From Trichosphaerium sp. ATCC 40318 (lineage: Eukaryota; Protista; Tubulinea), in assembly GCA_038496445.1 (NCBI GenBank), contig JALMLS010000377.1, positions 186,001 through 250,000 of the forward strand: a DNA stretch of 64,000 nucleotides, read 5' to 3'. Each line of letters starts with the position of its first letter. Position 1 is the first letter of the stretch. This document shows positions 50,655-64,000 of this stretch, piece by piece. The notes under the pieces are model-generated. The model did not search any database. It had not been told where the DNA came from and was given only the letters and a program-made list of their open reading frames with translations. The position numbers were made by a program, and so were the translations under genes.

Positions 50655-53600
50655 ATGTGGAAGCTCCTCGCGTTGGTTGTGTTTGCAGCACTATCAGTTT
50701 CGTGCTACGAACAAAAATACTGGGAGCGCGTTAAAGACTACGAAGTAGTAACCAAAAGTACGCCATTCACAAGTCTACTAGTGCCACCTACGCTTTTCTT
50801 TACCATTTGGTGCACAACTCATACTTTTATTGCTTTACAGTTGAATTTGCTCCTGGACGCCTATCTAAGCGCATGAGCACTGAAGAAAGACGTCTTATTA
50901 TGTACAAAGCTAATGGCGAAAAGTTAATCTTTAGATGCGTAAAATACTCTGCATTTGCGCCAGGTGCTAAAGTGCGTCCGTCAAGAGCGATAAGATCTAT
51001 ATGAGAAGGAATTTCGTTGCCTTAGCGCTTAATTATTGTACGATAACTGACAGGTTCTTGTTTAGATTGAAGTACACACTGGAGATGATAAAGTGATCTT
51101 ACCTGCGCCTACAAACTCTTATAAGGCTGTTGGCAATGGACATCATAATTTACGTTTTATTGCACATGAGGATGACACATTCTCCGGTGCTTTCACTATC
51201 AATGGCGACAGAATCGTTTTTGATCCAGCGTCAACGTACGCTTTTTTTTTTCAGAGTCTACTCATGAGACTTCTACGCGTATTCATAGTTCACTCGTTTG
51301 TTGTTACCAATGTTGCTAATACTTGTATTGTATAGTCACAAAGAGTGGATGCTAGCACATCATAAAGCTAAACTTGAGAACGGAGATGAATACGTACTCA
51401 TAAGGTAGGCCTACAATTTGGCTACAACAGTTTTTGTGTTTTGTTAGTAATCACGTTGTGTCGTGTTGATTAATCGAATATCTAGAGAGAGCTCTCTGAA
51501 ACCAGATGAAAGAGAACACTCATGTGGCGTTGAAGGCCACAAGCACGATATTACTTCTACCAAGAGGTAAGAAAACAGCATTAAGCCAAGAAGTTTAATG
51601 AACTATTACTTTAGAGCAATAGAAGCCTTCCCACAAGGAAATACACTCCCATTGAGTCCACCAACCTCACCTTGTCCTCAAGGCGCAACTAAACAAGTGA
51701 CACAGGTACAACTACATAATTTAACGCACGTGATCTTACGTATGTCTAGGCTGTAATTGCAGATGCTGGTTTTTTCGAAGTAGTAGGTGGATCTATTGAA
51801 GCAGCCACTAATTACGTAAACCAAGGTACAGGAATCTGTTTTGACATACTTGTTATAATGTTAAAATCTTTTTTAGCTTGGATGGACATGAACACTTACT
51901 ACGAGTCTGACTTTGTACGTTCTCTTGCTGTACCTTTTTCATATCAATTCTTCTTACTCCTTCTAGAATGTTCACTTGACGATTGAGTCCCTTCTAATCA
52001 AAACAATACCTGGCGATGAAGACTGGAATACTCTTGGTGGACCTAGTGGCACTTGTCCTAACATTAACACAAAGCTTGACCAAGCAACTGCCTGGAAGAA
52101 TGCTAACAAGCCAAATGCTGGATTACTCCATCTTTTGACCAACTGTTATCCACCTCCTGGTACAATTGGTCTCGCTTGGGTTGGTGTCGTTTGTAGTAGC
52201 GTACGCACCATTTTCGTTCAATGAAGTGACACATGAAAGCTAATCGCTTTGCTTGTAGAGAAATGGAGCTGGTGTTTCCAACCACTTGACAAGTCGTCAC
52301 AGAGCTCATCGTGTAATCGGACACGAAACAGGACATAACTTTGCATGTAATCACGATTCTACTTCTAATGGTATCATGTTTCCTTCAGTCAACAATGATC
52401 CGTAAGTTCAATTGTGATTGCTTTTGTGTTATTTCGTTCGACCTAACTGTACCTTTAGAAATAAGGCCGCTGAGCGTTTCTCTCGGATAAGTCAAACCCA
52501 AGCATGCGCTCATTTGGGTTCTGTAAACTGTTTGATGGTGTGGGATAGCGCATGTACATTGGATTGCACTAGTAAAGAGTGTGGACCTTCTAACTGTCCT
52601 GGAATACAATGCGGATCTCCATGCACAGGTTCAGACAAGTGCGAGAATGGTAAATGTATTCCTTGTCAAAGCCAATGTGGAAGTAAATTATGTGGTATTG
52701 ATAACTGCGGTAACCCTAATGGTTGTGGTACTTGCTCTGGAGCAAACGAAATATGTAACACAAATGGTCAATGTACTGTTGAACTCAACTATCCTGACGA
52801 TATTGTTCAACTTTTTAATGATGAGAGGTACCAACACTGTTAACATGTGATGACTTACTATGTAATAGAGCTAAATATAATGTTGCTCCACTCCAGTGGG
52901 ATGCTAAACTGAAGACAGATATTGATACTTACTTGGCTTCTTGCTCAGGAGTCAGAAAGAATCCTGCTTTTGGATCAGATTTGACTTATTCAATTACATC
53001 TGGTGCTGCTAGTGTTGATATTCATAGATGGGTTTCAGACTTTATTAGTTGGGGTTCTTTTTGGAATTGTGTTGATAATACACAAAGCGATAGGACAAGG
53101 GCATGGTACTATGCGTACGTCATAGTTGTTTCTTTTTTTCGTTTGATGGTTTTTGACATTGCATTTTTTTAGAGCTATTGTGTACGAACAGTCAACTAGA
53201 TTTGCTTGTACTCAAAAGAAGTGTGGTGGTAGTCACACAATATATTGTTCTTTTGATAAATACTTCCCATTCGGCAGTGCACAAAGACCGTTCCCAGCTA
53301 ACCAATGTGGTATGTAATTTACTTATTTATGCCTTGTTTGATTTACATTACAGATGGTTGTTCTGTAACACCAAATCCTAACGTATGTACTGAACAACAA
53401 AAGCAATGTGGAACAGCATTTGACGGGTGTGAAGACGTTTCTTGTGGTACATGCAGCGGCCCAAATGTTTGTAACAACAACGGTCGTTGTGTTTGTACAC
53501 CTACACAAACATGTACCCCTGTTTCGTGTGGTACTTTAGATGATGGTTGTGGTAATACCCTCACATGCAGTTCTTGTCTAGTAGGACAAAAATGTACCAA

Positions 53601-55464
53601 CAACATCTGCGTCACACCGTACGTTCAAATTTTTTGAATGCATCTAGAAATCAGTATTTGTTAACTCTGTTCGCTTAAGTCCTCCTGCTCCACCAACACC
53701 TGAACAATGTAACCAAATTTGTGTTGCTCAAGGGAAGCAATGTAGTGGTATAAATGAGTGCCCTGGACACTCCTGTGGGGCTTGTACAAGTGGTCACATG
53801 TGCTCTAACTTTACATGTGTCACTTGCCAAGGCTGCCACGCTCAAGCCACTTGCGATATTTCTGGATCAACACCTCAATGTAAATGTATTGCAGGATATG
53901 TTGGAGATGGAAAATCATGTGTTTCTGTGCCTGTGAACAAACTACCAACTTTCTCTGTATTCTCTTCTTTTGGAGACATTTCGAATTGGGAGTACGTCAC
54001 ATTTTGTTCCAGTTTTTTTGTGCGTTTTTATTCTAAATGTTTTTAGTATTTTTCCAGCTGGAGATAGTGTAAAGAATCAAATCCACCAGACTGGGGCTTC
54101 TGGTGTTCAATGCATCAAATGGGATGAGTAAGTCAAAGAATTTGTTTAGCATTCCCACTATCTTACTGTTTTTTAGTACTGAAAATCTCATTGCGTCTGC
54201 CACTACAAAGATTGCAGCTTCAATACGACGCACATCAGCGACAAATTTTGCAGCTATTGCCTACCAGTACGACATTGAGTGTATACACTTCATTCAAGCC
54301 TTTAACTTGAGTTCTTAGAATGGGACCTGGAGCATTTACCAACTTAGTGCTCACAGCCCAATTCAAAGGAAGTAGTGCTACCCAAGCACAATTTGGTTTC
54401 AGGTTCTACCAAGGTCAAAACAGCGTATGTCAGATTTTTTAATCACAACCGAAATCTCAATCCGTTTTTCTACTTAGATGTCTGCCATCACATACTACAC
54501 AGTTGATTGGCCTATTAACACGTGGAAGGATGTTTCAGTAGAGATAGAAGGAGCTGGTACTATAATTAGTAAAGCCAGCCTGCGGTTTGCTGATGCTCCA
54601 GTGCGTACAATGGCTTCCATTCTCGCCTAAAATCCTTTTCTAGGGGAGCCGCTGGAGTTATACTTTGAACGGTGCACCTGTATCTGGTCATCTTGGATTC
54701 TGCGCATCAGGAACTGCATTATTCAGAGACATTGCTGTATCTACCTCATCAAAGGTTGACTTTGTAATGTCAGGATGTCCAACTGAAGCGTTCATCAGGC
54801 AACGTCTAGCTACATTACTTAATGTCAATGAAGCAGCATTGGGTTCCATGACCCTCACATCTTCAGGATGTAGCACCAAGAGACAAGTCGGTGCTGCAGG
54901 AGCAAGCACAGCGGTGTCTGCAACATTCATAGGAACAAAGAGTGTATCATCTGTTGCTATGGCTTCAAACTTGCAAAATCTTGTCACTTCAGGTTCAAGC
55001 ATTGCTGCGTCGTCTGGTATTGCTCCATCTTCTGGTACGGGCTTTTATATATTAGTACCTTACTGATTAAAATACCTAGTAACTGTTGTTGCTGCACCTG
55101 TCACTGGTGCTGTTGTAGCTAGTACTGTTGTTGCTGTAGGAGCTGCAGCTGGTGTTGCTGCAGGTCTGAGCACCGCAGCAGTTGTTGGCATTGGCGCTGT
55201 AGCCTCTGTCGTAGGCGTTGCAATTGTTGCTGCTGCTATTGGTGGCGTTGCTTATGCTACAAAGAAAGAAGAGGTACCTTAATGCTCAAAGCAATACTTG
55301 TAAACCAATACTGATAATTTACTCGTTAATAGCCTGACGCTTATACAAAAGCTCCTGATGATTACATGGACAACAAACGAGGCATTAATGTTATGACTCC
55401 AACCCCAAAGGATCCGGAAGACAAGTCAATCACTGCCAGGAACCCTTATGGATTACAGCAGTAG
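50655..55464 (+). CDS. Membrane-anchored ADAM/reprolysin-like (M12B) metalloprotease with Cys-rich repeats, CAP/SCP-like domain and EGF
   Basis: Signal peptide; prodomain with HSCGV; GTIGLAWVG; HETGHNFACNH (52322-52354) and Met-turn GIMFP; CG..DxCG...CG.C repeats; FNDERAKYNVAPLQWD; CHAQATC...CKCIAGYVGDGKSC; C-terminal TM and tail. Confidence 0.85.
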
Positions 55465-56025
55465 TTAATACTGGAAGGTGTTTATTCATGCTGACCGAAA
55501 TTTGATGTATCTAAATTAGTATGACTAGTTATAGTGGCTTTTTGCCTTTCTAGCTATAAAGTAAATGAATATATTGTATTTGCAAGCAGTTTTAGTTTGT
55601 TTTAGTGTAGTTAAGCTCCATAAATACTGACACGCGTTCAGCAGTGCGGATAGTGTATTATCTTGCGTAGAATCAACAATGGGACTGAATTAGCCCTAAA
55701 TAAGCTAAATCACTCAAAAAAGGAAAAAGAAGCTCTCGAGCAAATTTAGCAAGTCACGCTATTTTATTTGTGTCTTGTAGGACACCTAGGATACACGTTG
55801 GCAACAACCTTACTAAAAAGTATAACAAACTGTGAATTTACAGTACGATTCTATTTTACGTATGTTGCAGACGCGAGTGGGATGCTTTAAACCATGAAAA
55901 GTTTCGCTCCTAACTTAATTGCCCTTGCATTATTCCACAAATTCTACCGCTCCAAATGCAGGCTGTAATGGATTTGCCACGATCACAGCTTAAAAACGTA
56001 TAATGTACAAGTGAAGGCATTAAAA

Positions 56026-57967
56026 ATGAGTGCACGAACAACATCACCCGCTAGAAGGTACCACAGCTTCGTACTTTCACGTAATAACCGCCCACAAGGG
56101 GCCAGCAAACACAAGCTGATAAAAATGCCGCATACGAAGAGACTGTCAGGAAGTGCGATTTGGCGTTGAAAAAAGACAAAAACAACGTCAACGCGCTTTA
56201 CCAGCGCGCATTCGCGTTGTACCGGCTAAAACAATTCGAGGACTCCATTAGATGGTTCGACAAGGTACAGATTATCCCCTAACGCCAACTACTACAATTT
56301 ACACTTAATGATTTTTATTAGGTGATAGCATTGGATCCTAAGCACGCAACAGCGTGGAGACGTAAGAGTTACGCTTTAAATGAGCTAAAGGTACATTTAA
56401 CAGGTGTCAAAAAAAAGAACATTCGTTCAAGTAGTATTCTTTTAATTAGACGCCCAACACGTTATTTACTTTGTTTTAATGATATATTTAAGAGATTTGA
56501 TGAAGCCATTAAATGTTGTGATCAAATCCTACAATTGAACCCAAACAAGGCTGCGGCATGGTATGAAAAAGCGTTTGCGTTGAGTAAGATGCAAAAATTC
56601 GAGCAAGCAGTTGCATGCTATGATAAAGCGCATAATATTAATCCAAATCACGCTGAGACATGGAAAGAAAAAGCTAGCGCTCTGTGTGAGCTTACTTATT
56701 TCACTGATGCTCTATATTGCTACGATAAAGCACTAAAACTTGATGCAACATCAACAACCACTTGGCATAATAAGGGTATGACAGTATGCCAGATTGATTC
56801 TTTGAACAGAATTTTTGTTGAAATACAAAAAAAAAACCAATTGTTTTGGCGATTATCTTGCTCACTTGTGAGATAGGTTGGGCTCTTATGAATTTGGGCA
56901 GATTAGAAGAGTCTATAAAATGTTTTGATACAGCGCTGAGCATTAATCCCAATCATACAAACAGTGTGAAAAATCGTAAAAAAGTGATTCACATGATGGA
57001 AAAAAATAGACTCTCCCAGCTCCCACCGCCATTTAAGACTCACTCTCAATCTCAGTCAAACAACTTTAGATCTTTGAGCAATAGTTCTAACATGGACCTT
57101 ACTGTGGCTGATGTCCTAGACCAGCATCAGGCAGCACCATCTCCACGAGCTTTGGCTACATGTACGTCAAACAGTCAAAAAAATTAATCTTAGATTTCTT
57201 ACTGAAATGATGTCTAGCTATGCCTATTGATGTCGATAACGATATGGCACATAAATTTAAGCTCGTATTACAGTATGGGAACTCAAAACACGTTCTTTTA
57301 TGGGATGGTATATCTCTAGGTGCGTGCTTGTGAATTTTTTTGATGAAATAATTTTTTTAATTCAAACCCTTCGTTGGCTTATATTGTTTTCTTCGTTAAG
57401 CGAGTCTTTGGGACGCAATTAATAAAATAATACAGAGTGATCTACGAAATCCTCATTTACAATACTTTGATAAAGACTTTCAAGAGTATATTAATATTAA
57501 AACACATGATGAAGTTACAGAGCGTATGAAACTGCGTTTGGTTGATGATAATGAGCCTGGAGCAGGTACTTGCCACTCTACAAAAATCTGTTATGACCTC
57601 TAGACTAACAAGCTTTGCTTGTGTAGGTATTAGCGATGCAGAAATTGCACAAATGTTTCAGAAAATCAATACTTTAGAACAAAAGTTGAAAGACTCTGAA
57701 AAAAAGGTGCGTTACTTGGAAGATAGAAACACCTGTTGTATTTGTATGGAGCGGGACATTAATACGGTACGTATTTTAAGCATTCAATTACAAAAACGCC
57801 AAAGGGCTTTACTTGGGCTTTTACCTATCTACTTGCTTTTGTTTATTCTGTAATAGGTGTTCTTGGAGTGTGGGCACACCTCAGTTTGTAGTATATGCGC
57901 AAAGAGTCTTAAAAAATGTCCGTTATGCGCTAAAGTCATTTCACGCATTGTACAAACATACGGGTAA
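56026..57967 (+). CDS. TPR-repeat + C-terminal RING (C3HC4) E3 ubiquitin ligase, multi-exon
   Basis: TPR units (AWYEKAFAL...EQAVACYDKAHNINP); spliced CCICMERDINTVFLECGHTSVCSICAKSLKKCPLC. Confidence 0.9.
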
Positions 57968-58202
57968 AAGTAATTTAAAAGGAACAACAGAATTTGTTGT
58001 AAAAAAAATCAAGCTACAAAAAAGATAAATGAAAAGAAAGAAGCATGCATGAGTTCTTGAAGAAGGTGAGATTTGTAAAATAAAAAGCAAGAAAGAAGAA
58101 TGTTGACTGTGACACTTTGTGTAGTTCCAGTACAATAAGCAGTTAGACGCCGCCTTCGGCATCAGTATTCGTATTTCATACTCAGAAAGCTGAAAAGAGT
58201 AC

Positions 58203-59614
58203 ATGTCTGATAAAACGTCTTCTTTACCGTTATCTCTACGCCAATTCCTTGAGAAAAACAATGTGCCGTTGTGTGAGTATGATATAAGCAAGTTGTTCAG
58301 ATTTATACGGTACATTTTATTCTAAACTCTCTCTGACGCTCAGAAACTAGGCTTAATCCTCGAAAAACGGTCGCAAAGGCAGATCTAGAAAAGCAACTTG
58401 GCGTTCCAATTGAGGCTGTCCAATGGTGCCCATCGTTCTACAAAATGGACGTCGACGCGAAAATAGCTAGTACTGAGGCTTATAAGGCTGGCGAGATTTA
58501 CGGAATGGATGTCAGTTCTGGAGCAGTGGTGATGGCTCTAAATCCGAAGCCAGGTACGAACATCGTTGGGTAACGATTGAATTATTTACATTGAGCTAGG
58601 TGATAAAGTTCTCGACTTTTGTTGCGCTCCAGGCGCCAAATTATGCATGATTGCTGATACCCTCAATGGTGTTGTAAGTTTAGTAGTTAGAAATACGTGT
58701 TGACACTAAAAAATCAGGGTTCTGTCACTGGAGTTGATATAAGCCTGGATAGGCTAGGATCTTGTAGAACTATGGCTAAAAAGTATGATTGTGCCAATGT
58801 GAGGTTGTTTAGGCATGACGCTACAACATTTGAACACTTAGCGCCTACTGAAGATGTCACAGTGCGTTGCTATTTCTCACGTTTTTTTGTACTTCAGCTG
58901 AAGCGCTTTCCGTCTTAATTTTTTGATAGGATAAGTCAGCGCCACATCAAGCAGTACCGCTAGATAGTATAGAGTATATTAAAAATATTTATGTACCTGT
59001 TGAAGAGCAAGCTGATGAGAAAAAAGAAAAGAAGGCTATTCATAAAAGGAAAAAAAGGAGATATGAAAAAGACTTAAAAAATTTATTCTTCTGTAACAAC
59101 TGGAAATTCCGCGCATCAAGCCATAGATTATACGATAAAGTACGTACTAATTCTCTCTTATTAATATTCTAAAACTTCTTAAAAGGTACTAGTTGATGCA
59201 CAGTGTACTCTAGATGCGTCTGTGAGGCATATATTGAAGTTTCAAAAATCAGGTTGGACAGATCCAGATTCAGATAAAAAAATTCCTGTCCTTCAAAAGA
59301 GACTACTTTGTAACGGATTCCGCTTACTAAGACCTGGTGGTGTTTTAGTATATTCAACGTGTAGTTTTTGTGAGTCACAAAATGAGGATGTCGTAAAATG
59401 GCTTGTAGACAACGTGAGGAAGAAACTTTCTTTTTCATTTTGTTAAAGTTGATTATTGACACTTTGATAGGAGCCTACTGCTTCAGTAATTCCGATTGAG
59501 TTTGAAAAACAAACACCAGCTGTTGAAGGATCTTTAAAACACACTTTGAGGTTCTATCCAGCAAAGACAAATACAAGTGGTATGTTCATTGCGAAAATAA
59601 AAAAAAGGGAGTGA
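58203..59614 (+). CDS. NOL1/NOP2/Sun (RsmB/RsmF-like) RNA m5C methyltransferase, multi-exon
   Basis: IYGMDVSS, VLDFCCAPGAK, YDKVLVDAQCT, LLRPGGVLVYSTCS...QNEDVV, TSGMFIAKI. Confidence 0.9.
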
Positions 59615-60554
59615 TTTCAAAATTACCAACTTATGGTCGAATGTAAATAAATGTACAACAGCTCAGTAAGTATTGCTTTGATCTTATCAAGGTGTTCACA
59701 ATGTATCCAAAGCAATGGGGGAGTATACCTTACTTTAACGTTAAATACAACTTTGTGAAAATGGGTAAAACCCGATAAATATCCACCCAAATACTGGTAT
59801 TCACCAAATACTAAAAATAGACAACCAAATTCCAAATCAATCACTGTGAGTAACGGGTAGGATAAATCATCACTTACCGAAAACCACAATGGAACCACAA
59901 CAGCTCTTCAAGTAAACGTCAGTAGAACCCTAGAAGCGTGGTACGCTTACGCTTTTTGATCTGGAATAGGGTTGTTAACCTCTTTACGTTGATAACTGGC
60001 CCGCTCCAGCATCAACTGATCTCCTTCGTTGTCTAACGTGAGTTAGATCAAAAGTCGAAGTTGACAGTAAGTTGAATAGTTAAAAAGAAAGCAAAAAGGG
60101 TCGAGCTTTTAAACTGCTAGAGCGCTCTTTCGCAATTTGGAGTAGCGCATCATCTCCCAAGCCTTTGCTATTGCTCGAAGTCTAATACATGAACACTTGG
60201 CTAGGTCTGTTTTATTCATTACTGTACGGGTAGAGGTGAGTGTGAGAGAGGAAGTAGTACGCTTCTCAACACACTATTTAAGATAGTACACGATGAGTGA
60301 ACTAAACACAAAGAGAAACTGATTGAAGAGTACGGCAAACCATAAAGTTCAGATGGAAGCTTGTGCTGCCGCAAGAAGGTATAGAAAGGTACCCAAACTC
60401 TGGCTGTCGTACCGAAACTCATCAGAGATGTTACGGGTGGTCAACGATGATGGCTAAATAGTACGTTGAAGAATTGATTGAAAATAGTAAAATTGTGGGT
60501 CCTTGTAGGTTCACCTGCAGAATTAGAAACAAAAAAAGTAATGGAATATCAAGG

Positions 60555-61332
60555 CACTTCATGCGTGGCATCTCAAGGTCACCTGCTTCGAGACGTATCC
60601 TTGAAGAGACTTTTCTGGGAATGTTCCTGGATCTCCATCTAACTTAAACTCTCGCTTGTTTATCCGTTCAAGTGTAAGTTGCTTCTCAGCACTTTCTTCA
60701 TCTCCCTCTTCTTTACCAATTTGTTTGGCAGACTTAGGTTTGCTGTTGGAAAAATACCAAAAATAGAATCGTACCGAGACCAAATGCACATGATGCTTCT
60801 GAACGTAGTGTATCATAGACATGGTCTGCCAGTACCTTGATGTGGTTCCCATGCCTTACGTTCTGCTCCTGTACTTTACCCAGGATATCTTGCCTCGCTT
60901 TTTCTGCCTCTTGTTTATCCGCCTTTCTCTGTTCTGCCAAGTTCTGCCAACTTGTTGATTTCTTCGCTGTGGATGAACTCTAAATTTTTGTGCTGAGTCT
61001 CGGTTGCTCTTGTGTTGGTTTAGTTGCTTTAACGCTTTTTATCTTTTTTTCGGATCTTTTCTTCCTTGATTCGAACAATTTGAACTGCCTATCGACAACG
61101 CCCAAATTTAATGCATCTTCGAGTACTGCCCTGAAGAAGCATGCCTTCAGATAATTAATATCTACATAGTGCCTGGTGTGTTTCTGATACGCCTTTCTCT
61201 TTTTTCTCTGAGTAACCTAAAAAAAAAAAGAAAAAGTGATCAGTAGGTTTGTACTTCGTATGTTATTGCTGTAGCTCCCTCACTAAGTATTTTTGTTGGA
61301 GCACAATATAACTCGTCTTCAATGACAGGTGA
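60555..61332 (-). pseudogene. Scrambled, inverted partial copy of the downstream REase-kinase gene
   Basis: The reverse complement matches, in this order, ~62858-62958, ~63135-63167, ~62040-62200, ~61733-62003 and ~62211-62407. Confidence 0.85.
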
Positions 61333-61579
61333 CACCTGTAATAGACACAACTCACCAGACTGACTTAAAATGACCTCAGCATTCCAACTACGAATAAAAA
61401 CGACAGGACTAGCCTAAATACTGGCAGACCATGTATGAAACACTCTCAGAAGCATCACGTGCATTTGGTGTTACGGACTTTGATCATCAAATTCTGCATT
61501 ACAACTTTTGACTGTACAAGAACCAGAATAACAAATAGCAACCAATATGTATGCAATGAGCTTTTGTTGGTACTAAACT

Positions 61580-63852
61580 ATGTCTGACACTCCAAAACGC
61601 GGCGTGAAACGCAAACCTCGCATAAAACGAGTAATCAAATACAATAAACGCTTCAAAAGCGCAACTGCTACTTCTAAAGGTACGATGCAACAAAATGCAC
61701 TACCTCTTGCTAAATATGAGATCCAACAAGAGAAAAAAGCCGTTAAAGCAACTAAACCAACACAAGAGCAGCAAGCAGAGACTCAGCACCAAAATTTCGA
61801 GTTCACCCATAACGAAGAAATCAACAAAATGTTTGAACTTTTAGAAAAAGGCCGGCAAGACCATTTATATACCCTGGATAAAATACAGGAGCAGAACGTA
61901 AGGCATGGGAACCACATCAAGGTACTGCAGACCACGTCTATGATACACTACGTTCAGAAGCGTCACGTGCATTTGGTGTTGGTACGATTCTATTTTTGGT
62001 ATATTTTATTTACATATTAGCTGATTCCTTCTAGATTATGAAAAGGTATATCAGAAACACACCAGGCGCTATGTGGATATTGATTACCTGAAGGCCTGCT
62101 TCTTCAGGGCAGCCATCGAAGATGTCATAAAATTTGGGGGCGTTGTCGATAAGCAGTTCAAATTATTCGAATCAAGGAAGAAAAGATCCGTAAAAAAGAC
62201 TAAAAAAAATAGCAAACCTGTGTCTGCCAAACAAATTGGTAAAGAAGAGGGAGATGAAGAAAGTGCTAAGAGGCAACTTACACTTGAACGGATAAACAAG
62301 CGAGAGTTCAAGTTAGATGGTGACCCAGGAACATATCCAGAAAAGTCTCTTCAAGGATACATCTCGGAAATGGCAGGTGACCTTGAGATGCCACACATGA
62401 AGTGCTTTAATGTACATCAAACAGGGTATCGCGGGTTTAAGAAGCGACCTGACTTAGTATTCACTCCAAACCTGGATAGTATAGCATCTGCTTCGCTGAT
62501 TGAAGTTGTACTGGTAGGGTGTTGAAAACTGGAATGGGTGCAGACTTTGGCGCGTACGACAAGGGTCAGCTAATGTACGTTGACCTTTTTTTCTTCTTTT
62601 TTGTCAGCTGTATTAATGGCGTTTTTTAGGCATTACTTGATGGTTTACTTACTCGCTCAACCCACAAGGAATAGTATGTGGGGTATATTATCGAACTATA
62701 AGTTTGTTCAGTTCATCGAAGTTACATGGGATCACATAGAACATAGTTTCGTGTACAACGAGTCACCGTCATACACATACGACTCAGCTGAGGCACTTGG
62801 TTCAAAACTATTGAGCCAGCTATTGAGCTGTAGTTGTGCTGATCTTGGATGGACCGCACCTGTCATTGAAATAGACGGATCATATTGTGCTCCAACCAAA
62901 CTACTTGGTAAGGGTGCCACAGCAACAACGTACGAAGTACGAGATCCTAGCGATCACGATATAAAAATGGCTATGAAAGTATTCAAAAAAGACCGAGAGG
63001 AGTGGCTAGAAAAAGAAGTCGCTGTAATGAAAGCCCTCGGTAAATTTAAGATACCTGGTGTTTCCCAGTTGGTACGTACCTGTTTGGCACTTGTGGGCTG
63101 AAAAAACTCAGCTGGAACTATATCGTTCATTTTACTCACTTTTTTTTTTAGGTTACTCAGGGAAAAACTACTCAAGGCGAGAAATTTATTCTCACAAGGC
63201 CAGCTGGAGAGAAACTCAAGTCAAACACAAAGGGTAAGAGAATACCGAGCTATTCTTCCATTGTGGAGACTCTCAAACGTGTTCACGAAGCTGGATATGT
63301 ACACAGGTACAAACTAAAAAACCCACAAAAAAAACATAGCAATAAACTATTAACTTACATATCTCTTTTAGAGATGTCAGTCCATCCAATATTGTCATTA
63401 CAGACGACAAATTCATATTGATAGATTGGGGTGGGGCGGTGCCAATTGGCACACCTGCGAGATGTGCTGCAACCTTGCTCTTCGCTTCAGCTGAGGTCAC
63501 GGAACACTACATAACAGGAGAAGAGTTTGTATTTGATCCTGGAAACGATCTATTTGCTCTACTTCGCGTTTATCTTGCACTAAATGATCAACTCCGATTT
63601 GAGGAGCTATCACAAGAATTCCATGATAGCGCCTCAGTAGCAGACGGCATACGAAAAGCCAATCAGTTGTGGAAAGATTGGATTAATCTGTATGGAGATG
63701 CCAAGTCCTTGATACGGGATCTTGACTATGACGGCTTGAAAGAATGGTTTGATAAATACCAGCGCTGTAAATTACGAAATACTACAGGCACGGTGTCTCC
63801 TGATATGCCTGTAGCAAGGCGAGTTGCAAATTGTAAAAAAATAAGAAAATAA
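61580..63852 (+). pseudogene. Crinkler/FunK1-like REase-fold + protein kinase gene with two apparent frameshifts
   Basis: KKRPDLVF...VLVGxLK...KGQL.HYL...AQPTR..MWGILSN (REase-like); LLGKGATA, AMKVF, VHEAGYVHRDVSPSNI, LIDWG (kinase). One-nt losses at ~61928 and ~62520. Confidence 0.75.
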
Positions 63853-64000
63853 AAAAGACTCGTCGACGAGAGCCCACTCTTAAAGCCAAACCAATTCTTG
63901 TGTTTGAAGGAACCATACACACATACTATGGCTTCCTTATTATACAATGCAAACATGTTTCTATCTAACGTGACAAGTGGGAACGTTGAAACTCAATTTC

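Noticed and set aside
59623-60540. Possible exons on the minus strand downstream of the scrambled kinase copy
   Set aside because: Could not assemble a consistent open spliced frame or recognise a motif.

Overview
AT-rich, gene-dense eukaryotic (protist-like) genomic DNA with the standard genetic code and many short GT-AG introns (donors often GTACG); the organism cannot be named from sequence alone. Housekeeping genes include ATP-dependent PEPCK, an MDH1-type malate dehydrogenase with a PTS2 signal, a GnT-I-like glycosyltransferase, a Spp2-like G-patch protein, a CPA2 antiporter, a CBR1-like SDR, an NSUN-type methyltransferase, a TPR-RING E3, a protein phosphatase, a CBM48 protein and an ARM protein. 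Interspersed with them are at least 8 members of one family: an F-box-like N-terminal cassette fused to a variable array of ~24-aa MORN-variant (YwqK-like) beta-hairpin repeats. The N-terminal cassette is near-identical across loci with different flanks, while the repeat arrays are mosaic, vary in length and carry two hypervariable inserts. This pattern suggests a diversifying SCF substrate-receptor repertoire and is the best candidate for an undescribed system. Also present: a TTAA-flanked piggyBac-like element whose ORF carries PHD and SAP domains, a ~130-nt five-helix candidate ncRNA, a frameshifted Crinkler-like REase-kinase gene with a five-piece scrambled inverted copy, an ADAM-like protease-CAP fusion, and a marked excess of CACGTG in non-coding DNA. 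All exon models and folds were read by eye, so coordinates of multi-exon genes are approximate.
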